The notes beneath the pieces are model-generated. The model did no database searches and was not told the DNA's origin. It saw only the letters and a program-made list of their open reading frames with translations. DNA of 43,551 nt, filler included, from Jimgerdemannia flammicorona (Eukaryota), in the NCBI GenBank assembly GCA_003990765.1. It is 2 parts of 2 records of this genome, joined end to end, with 100 filler letters (N's around TTAATTAATTAA, not from the genome) between each part and the next. Parts side by side here need not be neighbours in the genome. Positions count along the whole stretch, not along the records: positions 21,836 to 43,551 come from RBNJ01001405.1; 1 more part is not named here. The stretch is one strand, 5' to 3'. The translations under genes and the position numbers were made by a program. Shown here piece after piece: positions 22,102 to 34,076 of this stretch (the first letter of the stretch is position 1; each line of letters opens with the position of its first letter).

Positions 22102-23464
22102 TTTTTTTAGAATCGTATTAGAGAAGGACCGGCGTAGAGAGGGGGGGCTAGTGTTGGGAAGATGTTTATGCGTGGAGAAAATGCCCCAGGTGATGGTATT
22201 TATGGGCGTTTGGGAAGGATTCGGAATCTCGTTGGGCATTGTGGTGAGCCGTCAGGTTACTGACGGCCGAGATGTATCGTGGGAGAATCGATAAAGGGGG
22301 AGGGAGCAGCGAGATGTTTGGTGGTTGCATGGCATGAAATGCAAACCGTCGGATAGTGCTGCACTCGAAGGACCACATACACGTATGGCTACTATCATGT
22401 CTTTCAAGGCTGATGGATCGAGACTTTGATTTGATTGACCGATTCCTTGCGATCTTTGATGACTCTTGATGCGTGAGGTTGACTCCGCCCGGCCGTGCAG
22501 TATGGTGTTAATGCCTATTTGAGTTTGTGCGAGCAAAGTCCGGGTTGGGGACATGTATGCCGCTTGGAGTTGGGCTCTCGTCTTCGTCGTATAAAAGAGT
22601 GCGGGCGGGACCTGTCCCTCCCGCCTTGTACATGGACCACGATACCGAAACATGTTTCCTACCATCGGTGCATGGTGTCGTCAGGTTTCCAGCAACACAT
22701 ATAATGATATGGAGCCAGCGATTGTTTTAACATGATTCCGGAAATAGCATCAAAGTTAACAATAGTTTCCTACGAATAGACGATATGAACGCGCAGGTCC
22801 CATAATGCGAGACGTGAAGGTTTTATAAGACTGACTGGATTCCAATTTACAAACACGAGTAAGAGAAACATGTATTTTGAGTTATCGGAATATGACATGC
22901 TAAACTACGGGTGTTGCAGTGATTACATGTTATCGTTTCGTGTCTTTGGTCGTGGAGTGTCTTTTATCCGTTTCTCGGTTTTCGCAGGAGAGCGGACGGG
23001 TCGTCCTTCTACCTCTTACCCACACAATACACTTCTATGCACCTGTAAATGCTTTCCCTCTTCCGCCAAAAATACCTTGCCAAAGGACTCTGTACAATGA
23101 CAGTAGCAGGTGTGAAACCAACCTATCGGAATTTGCCGCAATGCTACACATTAAAGCAATCGGGCACTGCTAGCGACCGCGCAGGGAATGCGCCCACAGC
23201 AAGGCTGTACATTTCGGTAACAAGTATAAATTTCTTTTGCATTGCCGGTGTCCGATTTTGCCTCTCATGGTCGTTTTTTTTTTTTTTTGCGCCTGGTTAC
23301 GTATGTTCTATGCATGTTTGTGCCATTTGATGTACCAGGAAATGATGACGACATTTTCAAGTCACACTCCTCACGTGAGCACAGGTTCGGGGAATTATAC
23401 CGACATTCTAATCAACCATTTCGCTGAACCCGTTCACAAAAAGAAAGAAAAGAAAGGCTAGAAA

Positions 23465-24488
23465 ATGGCTCCCCGTTTGCCAATGGTTTACATCGTCCGC
23501 CATGGTACGTTCGTTTCCTTACAACAATGCCTAACTACGCGATTTGATACATCCGCACCTAACGCCTCTCCCATCCCAGGAGAGACCGAGTGGTCCAAAT
23601 CCGGCCAGCACACCTCACTCACTGACATCCCGTTGACCGAGAACGGCATCCGTCAGGCCAAGAGCCTGAGCTACTTCGTCTTCGAGAACCCGCACCAGGA
23701 CTTTGTGGAGCACGCACGAATCTCCAGACGTATGTGCTCGCCCCTCAAGAGGGCAAAGGACACGCTTGGGTATCTCAAGTTTGAGAATGCCGAGAATTTG
23801 AAGGTATGTCATGACTGATGGGTTTGAGTGAATGAGGCGAGGAGACTGAGGGATGAGGACAGCTATGGGGTCGGACGTCTTTCAGTACATCTTTTGATTG
23901 CTAATACATGGCATGCAATTATCACGCTCACCAACCACACCCATTCGATAGATTGAAATCGACCCAGATCTGACCGAATGGAACTACGGCGACTACGAAG
24001 GCATCAGGACTCGCGAAATCCAAGAGACCCGCCCGGGCTGGAACATCTTCGACGCTGGTTGTCCCGGCGGCGAGACGGCCGCCGACGTCGCCGCGCGATG
24101 TGACCGCGTTATCGGACGCATCCGAGAGCACCATACACAATGCGCCGTCGACGACAACATCAATGCGGACGTGTTGGTCGTTGCTCATTCGCATCTGCTA
24201 AGGGTATTTATGGCGAGGTGGCTAGGGTTGAAGCCGGAGAATGGACGGTATTGGGTGCTTGATACAGCTAGTTTGAGTATATTGGGGTATGAACATGATT
24301 TGACTGAACCAGTCATTAAGGCGCTGTAAGTACCTTTCTTTTTTTTTTTTTTTTTTTTTTTTGTGCGGTTGGCGACGGTCCGTTTGGTGTTACGCCGCTG
24401 TCAGTAGTGAGACACCCGTAATTGATTTTCTCCGCGTTTACTCTTCACTCACAGAAACGTCACAAGCCATTTGTGGTTCCGCGGGTGA
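23465..24488 (+). CDS. SHB17: Histidine phosphatase / phosphoglycerate-mutase-family protein, SHB17 (sedoheptulose-1,7-bisphosphatase)-like, 223 aa
   Basis: Exons 23465-23504, 23580-23803, 23952-24325 and 24455-24488 (672 nt, open frame). Motifs [66 protein letters not shown], GYEH and LNVTSHL. Confidence 0.92.
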
Positions 24489-24870
24489 AGGCCAGAGACA
24501 CGCGTTATGTGCGTTCACAAGAATATTGAGCTCCGTTTATTGCGTTTATATTGCTTGTATGCATGAATGATTGGTTAACGACAATAAATCAAACCTGTTT
24601 TTCATGAATGCGTGAGATTTGGCTAGAGTCGATTTTACCCGGTGTTTTTGTCTGTTGTCCTTTTGCTGTACAGTGGAGAAGACTTGAGGTGATGTCTTTG
24701 GAGAACGTGACATGATAAAGTCAAACATCACCATGCTTACTTTGGCGTACTTGCCTGCGTGAGCTCCAGTTGTTGATCCATGATGGCGATGAAAACCGCT
24801 CAATCACAAGGCCAAAGATTTCCGGATATTCAGCCGGGTAGCTTATAGCACCCCCTTGCTGGATCCGCAC

Positions 24871-24982
24871 ATTACCTCTTGCCATCTGTTCCTGGAAAAT
24901 TTCGTATATTAATTACCTCTTGCCATCTGTTCCTGAAAAATCGCGTACATTAACTCTTGCCATCCATTTGTTCCTGGAAAAT
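24871..24982. repeat. ~41-bp tandem repeat, about 2.7 copies
   Basis: ATTACCTCTTGCCATCTGTTCCTGGAAAAT... at 24871 and 24912, with a diverged third copy from ~24949. Confidence 0.85.
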
Positions 24983-25433
24983 ACCATTTATCGCAACCCG
25001 AACCAATGTTTCAATGGCTTCGTGCGACCATTTTGATTGGCACAGATCGCGCGTCCCAGATACTGCGAGGCTGCCGATCACGCTGATGAGCGAGACATGG
25101 ATGCGATGAACACCATGTCACACACCCTCACTTTTTGAGTTTCTATAAACTCGGCACTATATATTTCTGAATCAGAGCGCTTGGGTTGGTGCAAACTTCC
25201 CTTGTCAACCCCGCATACTCCCTTTCCAATCAACCGGTTTCATTATATCTGAGGGCATCACCTCGAACATCAATTTCTTGCCCCTTTTGACACACATAGC
25301 TGCGGATCCATCATCCGACAAGATTTCCAATACTTATAAACTCTAAATGCCATTCCGGCGACCAGCATCTACTTTACCTTTTCAGTTTCGCCATCTACGT
25401 CCCCAACCTTATCTTCCAGCGTCACCAGAGATT

Positions 25434-26186
25434 ATGGGCAACAAGGCCTCGCTGAGCCCCATCGCCTCAGCCAAGGACCGCAAACTTACTCTCAACAAAA
25501 TCCGCGACGTCGCTCGCTCGCTCTATAAAGACTCGGAAAAGTCTGTGCGCTCCCGAAGGCCCATCCCCACGTTCGCCACCCCCGCCACAGCCACCACAGC
25601 CACCACAGCCATGCCCGATCCCGAGAACCCCAGCGACGACCACTCGTCCACCCAGGAATCTGATAACGACGACGATGACGAGGAGTGCGAGGACGACGAG
25701 TACGAGTCCACCGAGGCCGACTCGGAGGAAAACGACACCGCATACTTCAGCGACGCCGGTTATGGCACCCAGGAATCCGTCCTGTCCCTCGACCTGTACG
25801 ACCAAACGTCCGTCGATAGTGCGTCCACTCACCGTCCGGAAATACCCGACGTGTCAGCAAACGGTGCGACAGACGAAATTCAATGCAGGTACAGAATCAC
25901 CATGTCCTACCAGGCCGCACATGGTTCGTCTAGGCTCTGGGAATCCCGCGCGGCTCCCTTATCTGTCTCGCAGCCCGTCCATCCGCAGAACCCCATGCCA
26001 TCGACGATGACCACCACCTCCGGCCCCCAGCTGACGCCGGCTGCTCAAACGCCCGACCCGTCCCCGCCCACCGTGCCGACCAAGGATGCCCCCCAGGAGA
26101 AGCCGTTGCAGTCGACGAAATTGCCGCCGCTCCAGGGACCGCTCAAGTCGAGGTTCACGGAGCACTTCGAGTACAGAGGGTATTGA
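25434..26186 (+). CDS. Hypothetical low-complexity protein (~250 aa) with acidic tract and Pro/Thr-rich tail
   Basis: Long intronless ORF (25347-26186) with GC3-rich codons. The likely start is the in-frame ATG at 25434 (MGNKASLS...). TATA-like boxes lie at ~25143-25163. No family was recognised. Confidence 0.65.
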   Translation: MGNKASLSPIASAKDRKLTLNKIRDVARSLYKDSEKSVRSRRPIPTFATPATATTATTAMPDPENPSDDHSSTQESDNDDDDEECEDDEYESTEADSEENDTAYFSDAGYGTQESVLSLDLYDQTSVDSASTHRPEIPDVSANGATDEIQCRYRITMSYQAAHGSSRLWESRAAPLSVSQPVHPQNPMPSTMTTTSGPQLTPAAQTPDPSPPTVPTKDAPQEKPLQSTKLPPLQGPLKSRFTEHFEYRGY

Positions 26187-28254
26187 GTATTGGACACAAG
26201 ATAGAGGTGGGGCCAAGAAGTCGGCGGCGGCCCCCAATTGCCACGAGGTCCGGTGTGCTATTCTCAGTCATTCTGTTTTGTGGAATAGAGAGTATTTGGG
26301 TATTTTGGATATTCTGCCAGGGGTCTCGAACTCTCGTATCAAGCTTCAGACTCTTTCATTGTATTGATGAATAAACGTTTTTTTTTTTAAAAAGAAGATC
26401 ACCAAGATACTCGATTACAAGTGTTCGCCGTGCGATTGTGGCCACCCTATTATTTTTCGCCGCCTCCGCCACTCACCCACACAACTAACTTCCTCACATG
26501 CTAACCGTTACATCATGTATATACTTCGGTGACGTCCACAACGCCAGAATCTGGCAGCACAGTAAGATAACCTTCAAGTGCCTATGCGCGGGGACGTTTC
26601 TATTCGCAATTTATCAGAGAAAAACGTTTGGCTTAGCAGTCTTCATTTTTTCCATGCAAAATTCGTCATCCAAACCCAACACGACATGACGCCACACAAA
26701 CCGATATCCTATATCCCTAACGACCTCCCCTCGCCCGTTCGTTCTACATGCCCGGCCGGCCATTCCGTCGCTCCGAATATGATGTCTGATCGGCGGCCGA
26801 AACGCATGAAGGCTCTCGACGGTGGTGCTTGAATTCCGAGACACAAACGGAGTCCAACAAAGCCTATAAAACGGGAAACAAAACCGCCGCTAGCACACTC
26901 TCCGCCATTTCAAACTCTATACGTCACCGACCACAACTAGAATTTACCCTTCGCTTCTGACTCTCAACCCCAACTCGCACAGGGCGAACAGAGGAGCAGC
27001 CGTGGGTCCTACTTACATCTCGATCTCGAACAGTGCTACAGAAACTCATACTGGTTGTTGTATGGTGGTGTCTTTCCTTTCAATAATAAGCAGTGAGGTA
27101 TAAAATAAGATCAGGTTTGTTAAATGCTTGACGATAAAACCAGCATCATCTTCCGTCCCGTAGCGGCAATTGACAAGCACCACTCCACACCCCCTCCCAT
27201 TACCTCTTTCTTGTTTCTTTTTTATTCCTCTAACGCCCACCCCTCTTCGCCACCCACGCGAAATCTTCACCCCAGCGACACTTTACATACCATGCGCGAC
27301 TCAGATGGGTGAGGAGCTTCTTGCAGTAATAGTTGTCGTTGCGCACAGGTGCGAGAAGGGCTAACGGTGGAAGAATGATTGGTTGAGTGTCTGGTTTGCT
27401 GTGTCGGGGTGGAAAAGAATTGTGGTCAGTTCACACTCATGCGTCAGGAGAGCATAAAGTTGATATGAGAGGGGGTTGGCTGATGTGGGTTCCTTCGTCT
27501 TGTCCGATAGTAAAATCATTTATGGAAGAGTGGTGCAATTGCGACCAAGTGCATTTGAAATCTCGCACCCACACCTACGGAATTTCTTTCCGACATCGAC
27601 GATTCTCTTGTTACTCCAGTGAAATGTAGTCCGCGCGGGTTTTGGCAAGCAAGCAGCCAAGCCACGTGAGTACGTCATCACCTGTTATGTGATTCGTGAC
27701 ACTTGATTAGTTTTAATCTCCTACATCACTCTCTTGGCCGTGAACGATGCTGTTTGATGCGTTACAGACGATTCTTCACCAATGCATCTTACACCTCTTC
27801 ACGGTCTTATCGTCGCCCCAGGCAATGATTTTATCTGCGTGCCAAGATCCAGCGAATTACGTTAGATCCACGCCAGCAAACAAAGTCTATCCTTGCCTCC
27901 AACGTCAGTCTCACTACCATCACAATTTCCGACATGTGCAAGCGGTTCTAATGAACGAAACCAACCGCTACGATTCGATCTCGGTCTCGCTGTGGCTGGA
28001 TCTTTAGTCATTTGGGAGCAAGCTATAACTTTGCATAGTTTTATGACTTTACCATTTTGTAAAATACCCAGCAAATAAATGACACTTCGATATTCTAGGT
28101 ATCAATACTTCAGAAAGGCGCAAAGTCCTAGGAAATTTATGCATTGCAGGTCGTAAACATAAATATTTTGTAATCACGTTTCCACCTGACTGCTGCGGAC
28201 CTGAGCTGCGGATTCGACAATTTCTCTTTCACTACAATCTCTCTACCTAACAAA

Positions 28255-29897
28255 ATGTGCAGACGCCATATCCCTCTGTCTCCTACCTCCTATTGCCCTG
28301 TTATCCGTATCGCAGGAAGAGCACGAGTGCGCCAATCTTTTACGACAATATCCGCTCTCTGCTCACCGATCCGGCCTCCTCGCTCTTCCAACTCTTTGTC
28401 CCGGAGTGGACCGCGCGCATTGCCGATGCTTTGGAGGCCTTTGTTGGTGAGGATCTCAGCCGTATATACACCTAGACGATTGATCTCCTCTCCTGCTTGA
28501 GCCCGGACCACCAGGAGTTGCAGCGCCCAGACATGCTCATAACCCCCAATCACACCAACGTGCGCACCTTCTGGCTCCCCCGCTAACTCGCCGAGTGAGC
28601 GGGTGGGAGTGTGCGTCGCCACGGACGGTGCGCCGCTATTGGAGAGCAGTCCGTTCGACCAGTTGTTCGGGATGTCGGGACTGCTTTTCCCGGCGGAGGT
28701 TGTCGCTGCGCCCAGGGACTACTACGAATTGGAGAAAGTTTCCGGGAACGAGTACAAGTTGACGAGGAAGGAGCACCCGCCCCCCTCGCCGTGGGCGACA
28801 TCAGAGTCCGAGCCCGCCATGGGCAAGCAGATCGAGTTGCCGCTGGAGCTGTGGCATGACATCCTCCCGTCTGGCGGTCGCCCTGGAAGATAAGATGGCA
28901 CTGATACCGACTATGCTTTGGATGCGATTGGTCAACCGTGCATGGTAGGTAATCGCACAGATATGAGGTGTACTGGCTCACTTGTCTCACTCTCGACCTT
29001 CATCCACTATTTCCACATCTTCTGCAACGCAGGAACGAAATCGCGATCAGCCTCTACCACACTCTCGTCAAAATCCCGACCTCCCGTATTCACAGCCTCG
29101 TTTATTACCCCGCCGCCCTCCGCCCATACCTCCGTCGCCTCCACATTCATGTCGACGAGCTCATTCAGCACACACCCCCCGTCCGACGGGTGATGTCCTC
29201 CACCCATGCCGCCATCAATGTCTTCCTACCCAGATACCCACACATTCTCGAAGATAGCGTCGTCCGCATTCTCACAGAATTTCCGCACCTCAATGAGATC
29301 ACGTTCGCACCCGCGACCTTAATTTACATTCCAGCTGCTCACGTTGTTGGCTGGCGTCGGGAGGCCTCGGAATCCGACGTCTTCGAGCCCGCGCTCGTCG
29401 CAGAGCTCGACCGGCACCTCTTCCAGCTCGATCAACTCACCGCGAAAAACGCCACCACCCTCGCCTCCATCACTGAATCGACCGACCGCGCCCTGTATAG
29501 CCGCTCACACGCCACAGCGCTTGCCAACGTCTTCCACTCGGCCCCGACACGTTTCCACTGCCTTTCCCCGCCAGGCGAGGCGCTAATTTCAGCGCTGGGC
29601 CGGTTCTTTACGAGGTTCATTCGGTGCCACAAGGAAATTCACCTCGAAATGGTGGAGCAGCATTTGAAGGACGTGGTAATTGAATTCGACGTCGCGAGTG
29701 AGTGGGGAATCGAGGAAGCTGCTAGGTGGTTCGAGGAGGGGAAGCCGTGGATGCGGGGAGGATGGCCAGAGGATGTACCGGTGTCGGTTTGTGGGTGGGA
29801 TGAGGAAGAAGTGGCGATAATGCCGGTGAGGGTGGAGGGGAGTGGACGGCAATTAAGTTGGCAACATAGGAGAGGGGTGTTGATGGTGACTTGGTAA
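28255..29897 (+). pseudogene. F-box-domain gene, disrupted
   Basis: F-box-like ELPLELWHDIL (~28834-28866), a frameshift, then LAVALEDKMALIPTMLWMRLVNRAW / intron GTAGGT..CAG (~28944-29032) / NEIAISLYHTLVKIP and an open frame to TAA 29897. The upstream part (28255-28600) has stops and frameshifts. Confidence 0.6.
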
Positions 29898-31343
29898 AGC
29901 GTGTGAAAATCAGCTATGTTTTTATGTTTAACCTACTTTTGGAAACCGATTGCCGTATGACTGTAAAGCTCAGTATCCAAATTTAAAATTCCCCAAACGG
30001 AAGATGTTCGAGGCGCATAGTACGCCTTGATCTATGACACGGCGAAGCCGTGACTTCATAGCAATTTCGTCTTTTTACCAAAGGAAAAAAAAAAAAAAAA
30101 CACTTTTATTTTATTGAATCAATGGTAATTGAATATCTGAATTTTGATTTACAAATAACAGAGAAATCCATATTTCTGAGATATTTATTTATTTCCTGCA
30201 GATGTGACATTACTCAAAAGACGACATACCTTCGCCAGGTGTAGCTGTGCGCCAGTCCGAATCTCACCTCCGTAACAGCGACGGTTCTTGCATTGTAATT
30301 CTGCGACATATAATATTTGGATACATTTCTACCAAGCAGAAACACACACGGTGCATGATTGAACCTGCGCGTGATATGGAAGTTTTTCCGTACACAACGA
30401 AATATATATGCGTCGACTGTCAGAGAAAGAGCGCTCGGCATTTTTAGCTCGGCGTATTTGGAGTAGAGCGGCTTCGTTACCGGAAAATTGAATATGGTTC
30501 CTTGCATACGCCGTTAGAGCTGGCTGGCACATTCCTTGGCGTAAAATGCGCGAATCTCAGATCGTGACAGGTTAATGCAAACAGCGCATGTTGGGTGAAT
30601 GATCAGGCGAGTCGCTTTGTTTATGTTGGGTAAATCTTTCAGCGGCCATCATCAAATGCGAAAGCATGCAGTATGATTTTCAACTTCGCGCCTGAGAGGA
30701 ATATAGAGGAGCGTCATAGATTAAAAAAAGGGGGGGGGGGGAATTAACCACCCAAAATAGACAAGCCACGCCAACATTTCCCCTGCGTACGGGAGCCGAT
30801 CAAGGGACTTGCGAAAACGTGGGTCGATCCGAACGGAGTTTTTTTTTTTTACTTTTTTAATTTAAGGTTATACATTATTCCTCTTATGAGTCATACGATC
30901 CACGTTTTAACGTTAGACTCCGTGAACATGTTATAGTTCATGGTTGTGCACATTGGGTTTCATTTCATTGGCAGCAAATAAGCTTCGTGAAACCTGCTTT
31001 CGACATCATAAGCAGCGATTCAAGAAAAATCATACGGTGCGAGTACACAAATATATCACATACACTATTAAAGGTTCTACAAACCGGATCCCCGATCCTC
31101 GCTTACGCATGATTTTTTCGGGCCGTCGGGATGCAGCAACGTTGGTGATCGTTTTTTCCCCTCTGTCGGCCCAGGGTCGGAAGGTTCTGGATTTTGATTG
31201 GACTCTGCCATGATAAGTATAAAAATGCAGTGTGCGAACATTGGAAAGACAATATCAAACCATTCCAAAACACACCAACTCAATTCTACACACAAAACCG
31301 CTCAATTATACATCTCACATCCGAATTCCCTTGAATCGATAAA

Positions 31344-31737
31344 ATGAAGTTCGCAACCATCCCATTCGCTTTCGGCATCTTCGCCATCTCCGGTGCTCTT
31401 GCTGTCCCCTTCGACAACATCGTACCAAGGGCTCTGGACTCAAGTAAGCTACTATACTCCCTTCGCCTTTGCTTTTCTCTTCTGTCCACAACGTACCTCG
31501 CTTGTAGATTCACGTTTCCTTTGATATTTTCACCAAATCTCAGGCCAACAATCCTTGGAAGACTGCTATGCCGTTTGCCGTACCAAATTCGGAGTCTGCA
31601 GGCGACCTGCCTGTGCGTCCCTTTACGAGAAATGCTATGACAACTGCAAATCCAACGCTACAACTACTGGAACCACTATGGAACCAACTCCAACAGATAC
31701 TGCTCCAGTGGCCACTGGATCCTATGGTCCAAAATAA
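31344..31737 (+). CDS. Small secreted cysteine-rich protein, 97 aa
   Basis: Exons 31344-31443 and 31544-31737 (intron GTAAGC..CTCAG). Signal peptide MKFATIPFAFGIFAISGALA. Core CYAVCRTKFGVCRRPACASLYEKCYDNC (C-x3-C-x6-C-x4-C-x6-C-x3-C) and a Thr/Pro-rich tail. TATAAAAA at 31218. Confidence 0.88.
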
Positions 31738-32889
31738 ACAGGAGAAGGATAAGAAAAAAATGCGCAGGTCGCTGATAACTATACGTTGATAACTATACAG
31801 TTCACACAGATCTCTTAAGCCACTCTAACACGTCATAAATTTTTTGTGGTATGATAATTACCAAATAAGGAATAGACATTTACTCCGCAGACCTTAAGTC
31901 CGAATTTCTTGATTTGTATAGAAAAAGGAGGTTCCAAAATTGTGTTCTTGCCATTGACTATGCAAAGCTACTAAATATCTCAGCAATGTTGTAATACAAG
32001 CCGTGCAGTTCATAGGCAGTCTCGTTGATAAGAGAGGATTGGAGTACGAGGAGGAATTTCCAACCCTCTTCAGAGGGTCGTTTCAGTCATCAAGGTCATA
32101 GCACCCCTCTCTCAAAACGATGTTATACTATTATTCCATATAGTCATCACCAAAGTGAGACGTTGGGTTGTAGGGTCGTCGCACAGACCAACATATCGAT
32201 GATGACCAATATATAGACACAAATAACGTCAGGAGGTGGGTGAGGATGTGGATGTCACACCTTGACTGCGACGTGTATATACAACCATAGCTGTGTAAAA
32301 TAACTATAGGAAAATTGGTAGAAAGATAATTGTCTGAATAAGGATGACGGACTCTTACAACCAACGTGCTTCTTTCCGTATAATTAAACATGTACGAAAA
32401 ATTGCACGGAGCTATTTTATTTGGGGTAGTAAAGGGGTCTTTGACTGATACAGTATAAGAGACCTCACACATTGATAATAATCACATTCGTATAATACTT
32501 TGGTAAGCGTAAGCGGTCGAAGTCGCTTTGTACACAGCTTGCACAAGCGTGAGTATTTTATATTATTTTTGCTGTGCACAAACCCCGATATGTCTCTTTA
32601 CGAAACAAGTTTCAAGCCACCTCCACTGTATATACAAGTCTCATAGCGCCACCTTTTCATACCAGCGGCATTGGTGACGTTCTTACTAAGGTCTTTGAGG
32701 AAATTCTCTTTTATTATTTTGAGGCTAGATAGAAACCCCCCGATTCAAGTGATTATTCTCCGACAAGTATATACAACTACTGTAATATATATATATAGCT
32801 CCAGTTGTCTATACGGGTACAATTGCTAGTGCCATGCCATTGAGAACGTATCTAAAGATTGGCTCAGTAGTTATTTGATAGATTGGCGG

Positions 32890-33147
32890 TAGGGATCCCA
32901 GATGGCTGGCCATATGCCAGGGTGGCTCGGCCTTAAAATTTATGGATTGGCTAGTTGACCAAGTGGCCAGACCTTATTTGGCTGTTTTGATTTAAATTAA
33001 AATTTAAAGTCGAGACAGGGTGGCTCGGCCTTAAATTTATGGATTGGCTAGCTGGCCAGGCTAAATTTAAGGCCAGTTGGCTGTAAATTTAAGGCCGAGC
33101 CACCCTGGCCAGCCATTGGCCATATGGCCAGCCATCTGGGATCCCTA
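32890..33147. mobile_element. hAT-type MITE, 258 bp
   Basis: Perfect 27-bp TIRs TAGGGATCCCAGATGGCTGGCCATATG. Perfect 8-bp TSD ATTGGCGG at 32882-32889 and 33148-33155. Internal repeat CAGGGTGGCTCGGCCTTAAA occurs twice direct and once inverted. Confidence 0.95.
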
Positions 33148-33480
33148 ATTGGCGGGACCTTGCCTCCTGTCCTTATCTCGATGGTTAAGACGAGAAAATG
33201 AAAAAAAAAAAAAAAGTCATCTTATGGTCGCCTGATGGGTACCATACGATTAGCGTAACCGGATGTATTTGAATTTGGTGCTGCGGTATTGCGGGTCCGA
33301 ATTTAAGCAAACCAGACGACGTGCGATTTGAGCAGGTGGAAGGATCTGGAATTTTCCGAAGATTGAATGTGAACGTAGTGCGCAACAATAAAAGAGCTCG
33401 GTTTCCGTCTCCTTTCGCCTCCTTACATCTCCCTTTCCACTGGTATTTTTACATAGAACTCCTACTTCGATCTATCACAC

Positions 33481-34039
33481 ATGGCTACGTTTTTTGAAGA
33501 AGATCTTGCCCCGCATGGTTACGCCAAACACCTCATCTTGAAATCTCATATAGAAGCCTGGCTTGCAATTTTCACCCAAAGTAATTACAATCACCTTGTC
33601 TACATCGACGGATTCGCAGGAGCAGGGCGTTACGGCGACGGACCTGGTAAACCTGGATCACCGTTGGTGTTCCTTAGTTCGTGGAAAAAACATCGCCTCT
33701 ACAAGAATTTCCCGGAAACCTTGGTTATCCTGATAGAGAAGGATGACGAAAACCGGGAGAAGTTAACAGCGGCTGTGGAAGAATATCAACAAGAAGAAAG
33801 GCTCAAGATCAAAATATTTGGTGGCGATTTTACATCACTCTTGGAAAAAGAGCTTGACGAACGCCAACTCCATCGGCAGCCAATTTTGGCATTTTTAGAC
33901 CCATTTGGGTATACACAAATCCCAATGACGATCATTCGACGCCTGATGTCATATGGCAAAACAGACATCCTTATCAACTTCATGACACACGGTCTAAGAC
34001 GGGGTATTGGCATTTCAGTTCGGGTGAGTTTGCATTCGA

Positions 34040-34076
<37 letters not shown>

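Noticed and set aside
22252..23461. Several 60-137-aa ORFs
   Set aside because: Overlapping in multiple frames, no motifs and no codon bias. Likely intergenic.
26400..28200. tRNA or other structured RNA genes in the long intergenic stretch
   Set aside because: No cloverleaf with A/B boxes and no rRNA or snRNA signature was recognised.
30214..31211. Minus-strand gene starting MAESNQNPEPSDPGP at 31211, divergent from the secreted protein
   Set aside because: A plausible first exon and donor exist, but downstream frames contain stops and no motif. It also overlaps the promoter of 31344.
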